From Octopus sinensis (Eukaryota): DNA of 64,000 nt. Position numbers and translations under genes: made by a program. The stretch is from positions 67,332,001-67,396,000 of the forward strand of contig NC_043009.1 of the NCBI RefSeq assembly GCF_006345805.1, in the 5' to 3' direction. Numbering within the stretch: position 1 is the stretch's first letter; each line of letters starts with the position of its first letter. Shown piece after piece: positions 47,824-61,439 of the stretch. Below the pieces are notes generated by a model, which was given only the letters and a program-made list of their open reading frames with translations, did no database searches and was not told the DNA's origin.

Positions 47824-50800
47824 TTTGTTTGACAAAAGCAAAACAAACTCGACCATCTTGAAATATAACAATATCTGTTTCAGCAAAAAACATATACATT
47901 CTAGAAAAGGACTCAAAAATAGGGAAATTCTATAATAAACAGGAATATCCTGTATCCTGTTTTTTTTAGAGAAAATGCTGTCCTCAGTTTTGGGTTTTTC
48001 CTGACTGGTAACAAGGAAAAAGGAAAAACCCGATGGCATCATTATGTTTAAAAAGAAACACAGGACATTCCCATTCATATTTTGGATTTCTGTGGTTTTA
48101 TTGGTTTTTTTTTCATCTTACATTTTGAACTCAAAGAAGACACAATCTGTTGAAATATTGTTCAAGTCATCCACTTCAAGGAACAGAGTCATCCTCTTTG
48201 TTGCAAATTGCGTCGCACCTCTTCTTATTGTTTAATTTACCTCTGTGAAGAGTTACGTCAATCTTCGTAAATTAATAATAATAATAATATAATAATAATA
48301 ATAATAATAATGGTGATTTCAAATTTTGTTTGGCACAAGGCCAGCAATTTCAGGGGAGGGGTAAGTTAATTACATCGACCCTGGTGTACAGCTGGTATTT
48401 ATTTTATCACCCCCAAAAGGATGAAGGGCAAAGTCGATTTTGGTGGAATTTGAACTCAGAATGTAGTGATGGGTGAAATACCACTAAGCATTTCGTTCAG
48501 CATGCTAACGATTCTGCCAGTTCATCACCTTTATGATAATAATTAATAATAATTAATAATAATAATATCAACAGAAACATGAACAAGCAGAAAATTGACG
48601 TAACTATGTAACATGGAAGTGAGAGGTATATCGTTATTGCCAGAGGAATACTGGAAGCAGCACACAGGGACACACACACACACACACATGCACACACACA
48701 CACACACACACACAGACAAGCACATACAAAACTAAAACATCACCTCGAAAAGCTGAAAGGCATTGAATTGCGGCTTTTCTCACAGAGTTGCAGAAAATTG
48801 TCATTTTCTAATTAGAGAGTTGAAGATAGTTGCGAAACAAGTTTAAAAGAATTACCCTATTTTAATGTGTATAAGGAACCCCTTTTTTTGGCAAAAATTA
48901 GGTTAAAAAATATGGGAGTTTCTTATAATAGATAGTATTATAATCCCTTAAAAAACCGTTTTTTCCAAATTAGGGGGTTTCTTATACATGTTAAAATACA
49001 GTAAATATCTAAATATATGAGATGAGTTGCTGTTCATAAGATTGTTTCCAGACTTTTTATTCCTCATCCACATTAGAGATGGAAATATTTTAGCATTTTT
49101 TGTTTGTTAAAGATGAAGTTATTAGCCCAACAATTTGCGACTTTAAAAAGCATTAAGGAAAATTCATTAGCAATTATGATGGTAGTAATTGAAATAATAA
49201 TTATAATCTACTTAATCTTTTTCAAGTAAAGTTGTGTCTGTTCTCAAGACAAATAAATATTACAATCATTGCCACCTACCTACATACATTCATACATACA
49301 TGAGTGTATATATATATATGTGTGTATCTGTGTGTTTCTATAAGGATGATAATGGTAGTGGTGTTAATTATGATAAAGAGTAGGTGAAAAATAAATTAAA
49401 TAAGCAGCCTTTTTATATTTATGATGGACTGTTTTTATAAAATACACACACACACATGCACACGCTATACGCACATACCTTGTTGCTATGTCTGTCAGAT
49501 CTACTGAAAATTTATTGAACAAGTTTTCATTTCCATACAAATTCCATTTCTATTTCTATAATAAAACAATTAAATCTTGTCAAAAGTGTTTTCTTGGTCA
49601 ATTGTTCTCTTACAAACCTTTGTGAGTTTCTCAACGTCTTCAGAAAGTTTATGCCAATTCATGTCAAGCCGTTTGATTTTGTGACAGCACCAGGAGCCGT
49701 TGTCTTCTTGTAGCATGTCAGGATGGGTTTGGAACCCATCGTCTTCCAGGCTATGAGATTCTTAATATTTCACCAGGCATAGATTTGTTACTGGACTGGC
49801 AGATGACATGAATTGTCTCCCCTAACTAACTACAAGTGTTTTGCTGTTTCTCAGTGGAATTGTGGTGAGCATAATTATGATGGTGGTGGTGGTGGTGGTG
49901 GTAGTGACGGTGGCTGTGGTGGAGGTATGACAGTGTCATTTTTTTGTTCCTTCTCAAGCCATGCCTGGCTCATAAGGGCCGGTTTCCTTGGCGTATAGGT
50001 ACCTCACCTGAATGGGATGCCAATCCGTCGCAGGTGGGCTGCAAGATGCAGGAGGAAAGAGTGAGAGAAAGTTGTGGTGAAAGAGTCAGCAGAAGTTTCG
50101 CCATTACCTTCTGCCGGAGCCGCATGGAGCTTAGGTGTTTCGCTCATAAACACACACATCGCCTGGTCTGAGATTCGAACCCACAATCCCTCGATCGTGA
50201 GACCGCTGCTCTAACCACTAGGCCGTGTGCCTCCACAACAGTGTCATTGCTGCCATCATCATTAGTTTTGAGGGGATGGTCATGGTTGGAATGCCTTTCA
50301 TCAAAAGTCTCCTGGATGAGGGCTGACCAGGGACTAAACAACAACAGCAATAAACAAAATAAATGAAATGATGTCAGTTTGTTTCTTGTGACATTTAAAC
50401 TTTCTCGTCTTTTAAACATTTCCTTTTATTTCCACTTTTCTTCCCAAGTCCTCTTCTCTTGTTCTTTCATCCTCTCTTGTTTTCTCTTTCTCTACACCAA
50501 CATTATTAGGGTGAGAGCCTTATCTCCTTGAGATCACACCCTTGCTCCCTTGAAAAAAAAAGGGAAAGGACATCACAATATCCCTACTTCTGTCTATGTG
50601 TCATATTATAATGATTTTTAAACTGACAAAGACCAGCCCCGTCTCTCCCCTCCCCCCCACCAAATATTAGTGAAATGTTTTTGCTGCCCCCTTTTTATTA
50701 ATGTTATCAATGTGGGGACAGTTTATAGTTGGCATCCACATTATTCTTCATTTTTCACTCTTTGTTAAATCATACAACATTTGTGTCTTACAAAAATCCA

Positions 50801-53118
50801 CCACCCTTCCATTGTCCAACATGCTACCGACATCACTCCATAACATCCTATTACAGTTCTCAGTGTATGTGTGTAATTATATCTAGCTGCCGAGCACTAG
50901 CATAGCTAGAGTGTGTGTGCCACCCAGGGTGGCCCTTCCGTTTCCCACTGCCGGACCCCACAAAAAAAAAAATACATATTGCCTGCAGCAGACCCAAAAG
51001 TGCCACCTGGGGCAGACTGCCCCTACTGCCAGCTACACTGTGTCCATGCTTCCTGAAATTCAACCCTACCCCTGATATCCACTCCCTCCATATGCATGCA
51101 CACATGTATATCATGACTCATACCCTGTTCATTTTCCTGACTTTTGTACATGCATCTTTGGTGAGTTGTTGTGCACCTGAGCACTATACACAATAATTTC
51201 ATTCATCATCCTCATCATTATTTAACGTCTGCTTTCCATGCTGGCATGGGTTGGACGATTTGACTGTGGACTGGTGAACCAGATGGCTGCACCAGATTCC
51301 AATCTGATCTGGTAGAGTTTCTACAGCTGGATGCCCTTCCTAACGCCAACCACTCTGGGAGTGTAGTAGGTGCTTTTACATACCACCGGCAAGAGGGCCA
51401 GTCAGCCGGTACTGGCAACGGCCATGCTCAAATGGTGTTTTTTATGTGCCACCTGCACAGGAGCCAGTCCAGCGGCACTGGCAACGACCTCGCTCAAATG
51501 TTTTTTCATGTGCCAGTAAGGTGATGCTGGTAACGATCACGCTTGAATGGTGCTTTTTATGTGCCACCAGCACAGAAGCCGGTTTGCTGCTCTGGCAACG
51601 ATCACACTTGGATGGTGCTCTTAGCGCTCCACTAGCATGGATGCCAGTCATCGAATTTGATTTCGATTTCAATTATTATTGATGATTCGTCAGCATTTCT
51701 TTTTCGTTACTTTTCTCTTATATATCTGACTGTTTGCCACCTGGTCTTACACCTGTCGCAACTTCCTTTTCCCCCTCCCTCTCTCTTTCACACCTCTTTC
51801 TCACCTGTCATTTGCCATCTTCTCCACCTTCATAGTGGTTTCAAATTTTAGTGCGAGGCCAGCAATTTCGGAGGATGGGGCAAGTCGATTACAATGACCC
51901 CCAGTACTCAACTGGTACTTATTTTATCGACCCCCAAAAGAATGAAAGGCAAAGTCGACCTCAGCAGGATTTGAACTCAGAACATAAAGAAGGAACAATC
52001 GTATCTGTTACAACATAAATGTTGACTTAAATAGAATAAAGTTATTGTTTAGTAGGACTGCTTTGAAGTAAACACAATCTTGAATCAGGTCAAGTATGTT
52101 TTGGCCATATTTCACCTGTAAAAAGCCCCCACCCCACCCTGCAGTTTGCTTTAAAGAAAATTGTTGCTTTAGGTGACAGGTGTTAAAACATCACATTCAT
52201 TTCTAAATGTTACCTGTAAACTGGTTTATGCATTTTTCCTATTGTCAGCACTTGCATACCAAATAAGATAGACCCAATTTTATTATCACTACCTTTATTA
52301 ATGCAGTTCAACAGCTGAATGTGAGCCACCACCACCACCACCACCACCACTCAAGTTTTAAGCTTTATTTGCAGCTTATCATCATCATCATCATCATCAT
52401 CATTTAACGTCCGTTTCCCATGCTTGGATGGGTTGGACGGTTCAACCCAGCATAATAAATAATAAATTAATGTAAATTAAATATACTCCATTATGTGAGA
52501 AACAAACATTAATATTTAATAATTAATGTTATAAAGTTTAATTAGGGGCTCAAATTTTGCCCCCTCCCCCAATTTTAAATCTTGAACTTTTTCATCCATT
52601 TATTTATTTGTCTGTCTTTCTATTTATCTCTGTCCGTTTATTCATAAAATATATTTGTCAGCTAAATGTGGTGGTCCTATAGAAGATGGTGTTACTGTTG
52701 TCTTTTTTTGGCTCCAGGAAGACATATCTATCTGTCTCTTTACACACCTATCTATATGCTTACACACCTGTCTATAAGTGTATACACCTATCTATATGCT
52801 TATTGAATTTAAAAGTTTCAAAATGTGGTTTCTGGCATCTCCGAAATCTACGTCATCTAAAACAAAAGGAAAAAAAATTTCAAAAAAGTCCAAAATTTTA
52901 AACGAGAGTGAAGAGTGGTGGTGGTTGCGGGGGGTTAATTATTTATTTTTTTTTGGCATATTTGTAAATCAACGAATCTGAAAAAAAAAAAAACTTTTCA
53001 AAAAAATGCCTTTTCAAGGAGAGGTGCGAAACTGCATTAGCCCCAATGGCCTCACAAACATTTGATTGAGTTTTCAAATCAGTTATTAAACTGCATCGTT
53101 TATAGCTACAAATGTACA

Positions 53119-53340
53119 TCTCTCTCTCTATATATATAAACAGCAAAATGTCTGTGTGTGTGTGTCCTTTATACAAATCCACAATTTTTCAGTTAGAGGG
53201 CTCAAACTTTCTATGGTCATTCAAAACCGTCCAAGGGTGGTCGTGCACATCTTTACATTTCCCCAGTCACCCCGCAAAGCCATTAAAAAGTCACTAGAAG
53301 CGACTTTTTTGTGAATTTTCTATCCAAAACCCAATCAAAA
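53119..53340 (+). mobile_element. Probable Helitron 5' end, truncated by a SINE
   Basis: A|TC..ctatatatataaa..tgtctgtgtg start resembling the 59.5 kb element. Confidence 0.45.
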
Positions 53341-54381
53341 TGACAGACGAAATACCGCTAAGCATTTCGTCTGGCGTGCCAACGTTTCTGCCAGCTTGCC
53401 ACCTTTGAAATACCAATTTCTTTACTACTCACAAGGGGCTAAACACAGAGAGGACAAACAAGGACAGACAAACGGATTAAATCGATTATATCGACTCCAC
53501 TGTGTAACTGGTACTTATTTAATCGACCCTGAAAGGATGAAAGGCAAAATCAACCTTGACGGAATTTGAACTCAGAACGTAGCGACAGACAAAATACCGG
53601 TAAGCATTTCGCCCAGAATAAAAAATTAGTGTTTGACCAATTCTTTGGGGCGAGATATAAGCAGCTACCTAGCCAGCTTCTTGTAATTTTCTTGTGCAGA
53701 AAATGGGTTGTTACAGAAAAGAAAAAAAACCAGAAACTGATAATGGCACTTGAGTTACATTTGAAAGCAAGTGATGGTGCACAAAGAAAATCATTAAAGC
53801 GGCGAGGAGCTGGCAGAAACGTTAGCACGCCGGGCGAAATGCTTAGCTGTATTTCATCTGCCGTTACATTTTGAGTTCTAATTCTGCCAAGGTTGGCTTT
53901 GCTTTTCATCCTTTCGGGGTCAATAAATTAAGTACCAGTTACGCACTGGGTCGATGTAATCTTAATCTCTTTGTCTGTCCTTGCTTGTCCCCTCTGTGTT
54001 TAGCCCCTTGTGGGTAGTAAAGAAATAGGTATTTCGTCTGTCTTTACAATCTGAGTTCAAATTCCGCCGAGATCGACTTTGCCTTTCATCCTTTTGGGGG
54101 TCGATTAAGTAAGTACCAGTTATGCACTGGAGTCGATGTAATCGACTTAATCCGTTTGTCTGTCCTTGTTTGTCCCCTTTGTGTTTAAGCTTTGTGCATA
54201 TATTAGAAAGGACTACCACCACCACCACCACCACCACCACCACCATCATCACATTTTTACTATATAGATGTACATGGGTACACACACATGTACATATGCA
54301 GGCCAAAAAGACGTACATAAGTATTTATGCTTGTCTTTCTGTTTGCATGTCTATCTATCTATCTATCTATATCTATATCTA

Positions 54382-54413
<32 letters not shown>

Positions 54414-55104
54414 TCTATCTATCAAACGGGAAGGAAGAGCTATTTTCATCATCCTTGTGGCTATGGCAAAAGAATGTATCTGGTGGACGCATCTGAAAGG
54501 ATTGGAGACAAACACTTTCCTCTCTGGTCAACCTCTCATCAACTTTTTCAAGTACCACTTGAAAAGGAAAGTGAGAGTAGAGAGGCAAGTTTTGTCTAGC
54601 GAATGTTTTAAAAAAAGATGGGTGAATGTAGCAAGGATGGCACGTATGAATGACGAAGCCACCTTGAGCATAATCCTATGAACCCAGAAATTGAAAACAG
54701 AGGGTTACCCACTTGCAAACAAATGTGGTAACATATAACAATATTGACCAAGGTTACCGTGGTCTTTTTCATAGGGTTTTCTTCCCACGGATAAACCTTA
54801 CTTGCTTTCCCCTTTACACCATACATCATGACACTGTGATACAAGATCCCTATTGATCGTTTTTTTTTCCTCTTCCCCTTTTTTTCTTCTTTTGTCTTCT
54901 TTTTTCATTTTTCTTTTCTTTTGGTCCTTTTCCCCTTTTTTTATCTCTTTTTTTCTTTTTTTTTTGTTCTTTTTTCCCTTTTACGATCCCTTTTGATCGA
55001 AAACCTATGCCATCTTTTTTTTTTTTTTCATCCCCCCAAAAGAAAAGCTCTACCTTGTAACTTGTCCCATCTGTGTGCAGCCTGTGTGGCCAATAAAGAA
55101 ACTT

Positions 55105-55155
55105 ATCTATCTGTATCTATCTATCTATCTATCTATCTGTCTGTCTATCTATCTA

Positions 55156-55187
<32 letters not shown>

Positions 55188-55307
55188 TCTGTATCTGTCT
55201 TTCTATCTATCTATCTGTCTGTCTATCTATCTATCTGTCTGTCTGTCTATCTATCTGTCTGTCTGTCTATCTATCTATCAATCTGTATCTGTCTATCTAT
55301 CTATCTA

Positions 55308-55354
<47 letters not shown>

Positions 55355-55371
55355 GTCTATCTATCTATCTA

Positions 55372-55406
<35 letters not shown>

Positions 55407-55470
55407 TTATCTATATCTATTTATTTATCTATCTATCTACCTCTCTATGTCTGTTTGTCTGTCTGTCTCT
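55105..55470. repeat. Compound (TATC)/(TGTC) microsatellite
   Basis: Direct reading; shorter ones at 54340-54425 and 21800-21870. Confidence 0.97.
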
Positions 55471-56290
55471 ATGTCTCTGTTTGTGTGAGGAGGTGGGGTG
55501 AATGTGTGTGTGCCATTTTGCTGGTACTATATCGTGTCACTTGTGCTGCAGGAAATATAACACCAAACTAATGTTTAGGAAAAGATAAGGAGAAGAGAAA
55601 ACATGCTACAGAATTATTAAGGCTTGGAGTGGCTACTTTAAAAGCCATGATGAATCAATCTTACAGAATATAAGTGCCCAAGCAAAACTAAAGTGGGTGT
55701 GACACTTCTAAACTAAAATATGCACAATAACAATTGATGATACGGAGAAATTGCTAAATATATCGGTAGATAATGTCATGGCGTTACGCGTGACTTTCAC
55801 AAGTCATTATCTGGTAAGAGGTGTTAAATTTTGTTAATGACTTTCGGATCAGTTACATCCGTTTTTGATGACAGATCTTTAAGGAATTTTAATTTTGTTT
55901 TTTTTACTTAGTTGAATACTATGACTAATGCCAAACACAAATTCACCGAAGATATTTGGACCGTGGGTGTGTGTCAAGAAGCTTGCTTTCCCACTAAATG
56001 GTTTCAGATTCAGTGCCATTGTGTGAGACCTCCTACAAGTGTCTTCTGCAATAGCCCCAGCCCGATCAAAGCATTTTGAATGAATCTGGTTGATGGAAGC
56101 TAAAAGGAGTGTGTCATTTATATACAGGCACAGGAGTGGCTGTGTGGTAAGTAGCTTGCTTACCAACCACATGGTTCCGGGTTCAGTCCCACTGCGTGGC
56201 ATCTTGGGCAAGTGTCTTCTGCTATAGCCTCGGACCGACCAATGCCTTGTGAGTGGATTTGGTAGACGGAAACTGAAAGAAGCCTGTCGG

Positions 56291-56324
<34 letters not shown>

Positions 56325-56616
56325 TATATGTATGTGTGTGTATGTTTGTGTGTCTGTGTTTGTCCCCCTAGCATTGCTTGACAAACGATGCTGGTGTGTT
56401 TATGTCCCCGTCACTTAGCGGTTCGGCAAAAGAGACCGATAGAATAAGTACTGGGCTTACAAAAGAATAAGTCCTGGGGTCGAGTTGCTCGATTAAAGGC
56501 GGTGCTGCAGCATGGCCGCAGTCAAATGACTGAAACAAATAAAAGAGAAAAACCCGATCAAAGCATTTTGAATGAATCTGGTTGATGGAAGCTAAAAGGA
56601 GTGTGTCATTTATATA

Positions 56617-57557
56617 CTTAGGGGTACTCAAAAGAAACCAGAATTTTGCTATATTATTTTATTCACTTAGTTTTACATATTTACACTTTTATCACCTTCA
56701 AAATATTCTCCATTTGAAGCAATGCATCAGTCCAGATGTGTTTTCCGCTGTTCGAAGCAGTCCTGGAACTCTTGCTAAGTAATGCCTTTTAACACCTCTA
56801 TCATCGATTTCTTCGCCTTTTCCACATTTGCAAACTCCGTAGCACCAGCTTTCATGACCAATGATGACCTTCGAAGAAAGATCTGGATCAACTCTGCAAA
56901 CTCCGTAGCACCAGCTTTCATGACCAATGATGACCTTCGAAGAAAGATCTGGATCAACTTCCAACTGTTCTTTCAGTTCATGTCATGCATTCAATCATGA
57001 CTGCTTTTGATCTTCTGTGAACAAGCGAGGCACAAATTTTGCTGCAACTCTTTTCCTTTGCAATTCCTCATTCAAAAATCGTTGGCAAGAGCTCCAGAAT
57101 GCACCAGTCATATCAACAAGTTTGGCAATTGGTCGTTGAATTTCCACAATGTTTTCATTCATTCGGGAGGTTGACAGACATTCTGAACAAGGTTAGATCT
57201 CAAGTGACCATTCCTAAGGCGTGAAAAACACTCGTAAGCTTGTGTTTTGCTCATAGCGGCGTCCTTGTAAGCTGTTAGAAGCATAACAACTGTTTCGACC
57301 GCCATTTTCCTCACCAGAAAGCAGAATTTGACAGAAGCATGCTGTTCCTTCATTTCAACCACCACAAAAATCGATGAACAGAGTAGAAGCACTGCAAAGC
57401 AAAGACGCACCACATGGCAGTAGGACTACACTCAACACTGCCAGTCGGCATACTGATGCCTGAGGGTCGCATCAAGTGGTTTCTATCAGCAGAAGCCTGA
57501 ACTATAATGGGCTTGTCCCCCAGAGAATGTTTCCGGTTACTTTTTGGTACCCTTTTG
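56617..57557 (-). mobile_element. Mariner relic with both TIRs and internal deletion
   Basis: TIRs ggggtactcaaaagaaaccagaa / ttccggttactttttggtaccc; MKEQHASVKFCF, SKTQAYECFSRL, DPDLSSKVIIGHESWCYG. Confidence 0.85.
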
Positions 57558-58350
57558 TAGCCTTGTACAAATTGAGTAGAACATGAGATTTATTGCCTTC
57601 TGATAAAGAAACCATTACTTGTGAAGGCAGTAAGGGGTTAGTAGAACTTCAAGAGTAGCAAAGAAGGGGCTTCTCTATAACTTTTCTTGAAACTGAAAAA
57701 ATTTTGTGAAATAATTCGTGCTTTAGAGCATCTTTCAGAAGACAAATTATGAATAAGGCACAGAAGTCAAACTATCTGTAATTGTGGCAAAAACTGGAAG
57801 TTTGTAAGAAAGCACAAAAGTCAACACTTAATTACATACTCCCACACTCAGAGAAGGAGAGGGAAAGAGAGTGATAATAAGTTATTCATATATTAAAATG
57901 TATTTATACATCACTATACACTTACAAATTTCAACACCCAAACCTTGTCCCCTTTTCTTTGTTTTTTCTTGTAAACACAAGACACCCACCCAGACACCGC
58001 CGGAAGTTGTTGTTGAACTTGTTGGCAAACAACAGCAGTAATTGTATTCACCTCAATAGACGTCATTGATTGGTTGAAATTGCTGAAATGCAAGAAATGT
58101 AACAACAAATAGCTTACAAACTACATAATTTTCTCAAGAAAGCCAAGAGAAAAAGATGTTTTATGTGACACATTCTACCAGTATACGAAGTTTAAAAGTG
58201 TTTAGTTTCAAAGAAATTATTTTTAAAATCTGCCGGTCAAAGCGAAAAGATCCTAATAATAATAATAATAATAATAAGAAGAAGAAGAAGAAGAAGAAGA
58301 AGATCGAAAAATACCTTAGGAATGAAAACCCAAGTTCAAAATTTCCCCAA

Positions 58351-58396
58351 GACACCTGATGAAGGCTGGAGGGTATATCAGCCGAAACGTTGTGTT
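58351..58396 (+). ncRNA. Minimal type I hammerhead ribozyme motif, intact core
   Basis: gacac-CTGATGA-a-ggctg(gagggtatat)cagcc-GAAAC-GTT-gtgtt: stem I gacac/gtgtt, perfect 5-bp stem II, palindromic AACGTT in place of stem III. Confidence 0.8.
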
Positions 58397-59126
58397 AGCA
58401 ACAAACAAGATGAGGACAAATATCCGTCAAATGTAAATAATGTAAATAATGTACATAATTCTTCATTCTTTAAATATAGAACTGGAAGATTAAAGATTGT
58501 AATGGAAAGTAAAAAATGAAAGATACTCCTGTTCTTGCAACAATAACATTTCCTGTTGAATCAACGATCGTTCATCCATTATTGTAATAACAGCACAAGA
58601 AAGCCAAATGCTTTCAATTCTGTCACTATACAAGCAGCCCTCATAAAACCCTTCTGTGATCCAAGTGTCCCGCAATGTAATTCGGGTTGGTCAGGCCTGG
58701 ACTAAACCCTTCAGGGTTTTGCGCAGCGTAGCCAGAGTCCATAAAAGCACATTTCATTAAATAATTTAGAACTTAACCCGAATGACAATTATGTTTTATC
58801 GCTGTTGTGTTAGCGAAAGAAAAAAAGACGATGTATTTGTGTTGTAATAGCCACTAACGTCAGGAGTGAAAACAAAAACTTCCATGACTTGCTCCGGGCG
58901 TTGAAAGACGCCCTCATACATACATTATGACAAGGCACAATGAACATTTTATATTGTTTGAAATATTTTCTCATGGACATTTTTATGAATCTGAACTCTC
59001 TCCCACATTCAGTTATTATTTAACTGAATGTTTCATTACAAACTGCTATTATTTCTCTTGACTGGTTGGTGTAGGTTTGCAAACGGTCATGGCGTATGTC
59101 TGTGCATTCAGCCATTTTATACTATA

Positions 59127-59515
59127 CTAGCAGTATCGCCCGGCGTTGCTCAGGTTTGTAAGGGAAATAACTATATAAGCATTTTTAGAGAGTTATAGCC
59201 AAAAAATTAGCAAAAAAATGCATTAAAAATGGAAAAAAAAATTATGGTAAATTTTTTTTTAAATCGTTGACTCATCGTAGACATTTTTAGAGAGTTACTT
59301 CCCTTATATAATAGCGAAAAAATGCATTAAAATGGAAAAAAATGATGGTAAATTTTTTTTTAAATCGTAGACTCATCGTAGACGCGCGCTAATACCCAGA
59401 AGGGCTCGATATGAATCATGACTATAAGATAAACTGCACCGCAAAATGTGGGAGTAGTTAGGAATCTAAATCGTAGGAGACAGACAGCACACAACTTCTC
59501 TTTTATATATAAAGA
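59127..59515 (-). mobile_element. Non-autonomous Helitron
   Basis: Minus strand A|TCTTTATATATAAAA ... subterminal GC hairpin (ctgagcaacgccgggcg) ... CTAG|T, no TSD; internal ~100-bp duplication. Confidence 0.8.
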
Positions 59516-61439
59516 TAAAAGATAAATTGTATGTTGCCATTTTTATACTGTGATAACTCTATATGTTCGAATTGTTTGTTTTGATAGGATCAGTTGTGAC
59601 CGACATGTCTGTTTATATCAGAATTAAGTGACATTTCTTAGAGGATACCATTTCGTTAATCCTCTCCAAATCTCTGGAACTATCAACTTTTTATTGGTTC
59701 ACGTTACAGCGTGCGTGTAGTATAAACTAAAAGAAAATATATTTGGTATTTTACACTTGTTAAACATTCACACATTTCTGTAGATTAACTGCCAGGATTA
59801 CATCATGGTTTGATACATAATATAAGCTTATTAAAAAAAAATTCCCCTCACTCTTTAGCCAAAAAAAAAAAGATAAAAAATGGTGTCAAGTGATATACGA
59901 TTATTGCTACGAATAAAACACATTTTTATTGCTATGAATAAAATACAATTCCAGGAGAAAAGGGCGTAATAATATTATTTAGGAGGGCGTACTTCTTTTC
60001 TTGAGGGGGGAACGTGAAATTACCGATTGGTTGAAATTACCGAAATAGGACAACTTTAACGTGAAATAACTTCATAAATATAAGTTTTTCTCAAAAATGC
60101 TAAGAGCAAAAGATGTTTTATATGACACATTCTACCACTGTCCGAAGCTTGAAAGTGTTTAGTTACAAAAAATTATTTTTTAAATCTGTAGGTCAAAAGG
60201 TAAAAGATCCCTCACTACAACTCTTTCTCATTTTGCTCCATGTTCACGTTTTTCCTTCACATATTTAGACTGAGCTTCGACCTCATCGATCTTACTAGTT
60301 TGGGGCAAATCTAATGAATGTGTGATCCATTGATTTATTCCAATTACTAATATTTATCGTAGACGATACATATGTGCCCCATCACAAAATATGTGACACT
60401 GGGGTCAAATAATAAATTATCATTATTAATATTATCCAAAGCGATGAGTTGACAGAATCATTCGTACGCTGAGCAAAATACTTAGCGGCATTTCGTCCCT
60501 ATTTACGTTCTGAGTTAAAATTCCGCCGCGGTTGATCTGGCCTTTCATCCTTTAGGGGTCGATAAAATAAGTACTAGTTGAGCTTTGGGGTCAATACAAC
60601 AGACTTAGTCCCCACCCTCTAGAAATTGCTGGCCTTGTGCCAAAATTTGAAGCCAATATTCTCCAAAGGCGGCTAGCTGGCAGAGTTGTTAGCACGTCGG
60701 ACAAAATACTTAGCGGCATTTTTTCCGGCTTTACGTCCTGTGTTTAAGTTCCACCAAGGTCGACTTTGCTTTTCATCCTTCTGGAATCGCTGAAATAAAT
60801 ACCAGTCAAGCGCTGGTATCAATGTAATCGACTAGCCCATCCCGCCCCCAGACTTCAGGCTTTGTGCCTATAGTAGGAAGGATTATTAATATCTATTATC
60901 CAATTTAATCGGTTCAAATATGTTGTAGTGCATCCGAGCACTGCTTACAAGTTTGTTATGTGTCAAACTAACTCTATATTATTCTCCTTCTGTGTACCAC
61001 GAGCCATCCCTTCGCTCACCTCCTTCTGATCATCCATGTTTTTTTCTCTTCAGATAACAATTAAAACAAGATAAAGCTGAAATTTCAGGCAGGAGGCCTG
61101 AAATTTATGGGGGCGGGCATAAGTCGACTGGTAGTTATTTTAACGGCTCCGGAAGGACAAAGGGTAAAATTGACCTCGACGGAATTTCAACTTGGAATGT
61201 AAAACCGGATGAAATGACTCAAAGCATTTTGTCCGGCATACTCACTGCCCCGCTGAACATATTAATTGGAAAGACCTCATTCATCAGTGTCTGTGGAAGC
61301 TATACCACTTTTTCTTTCTTCTTGGACTAAATTTAAAGAATTGAAATACTGGTAACATATTAGAATTCAGTAAATCCAAAAAGACATTCTTGTAATTAAG
61401 AAAAAAAAAAATGTATTATTAAATCTGTGTCTTCTATAT

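Noticed and set aside
48100-48270. Terminal exon of a convergent gene
   Set aside because: Poor acceptors, short frames, and parts match nearby inverted or dispersed repeat sequence
50160-50230. tRNA gene (also other A/B-box heads)
   Set aside because: No acceptor stem closes, and the head continues into a repeated SINE body found elsewhere in the window
54921-55571. 216-aa ORF and similar ORFs (562-811, 41416-41879, 54122-54681)
   Set aside because: These are translations of micro- or minisatellites
58490-58760. Minus-strand frame with an in-frame TGA (selenoprotein idea) or first exon in a CpG-richer patch
   Set aside because: No recognisable homology, SECIS or convincing splice sites; cannot be supported
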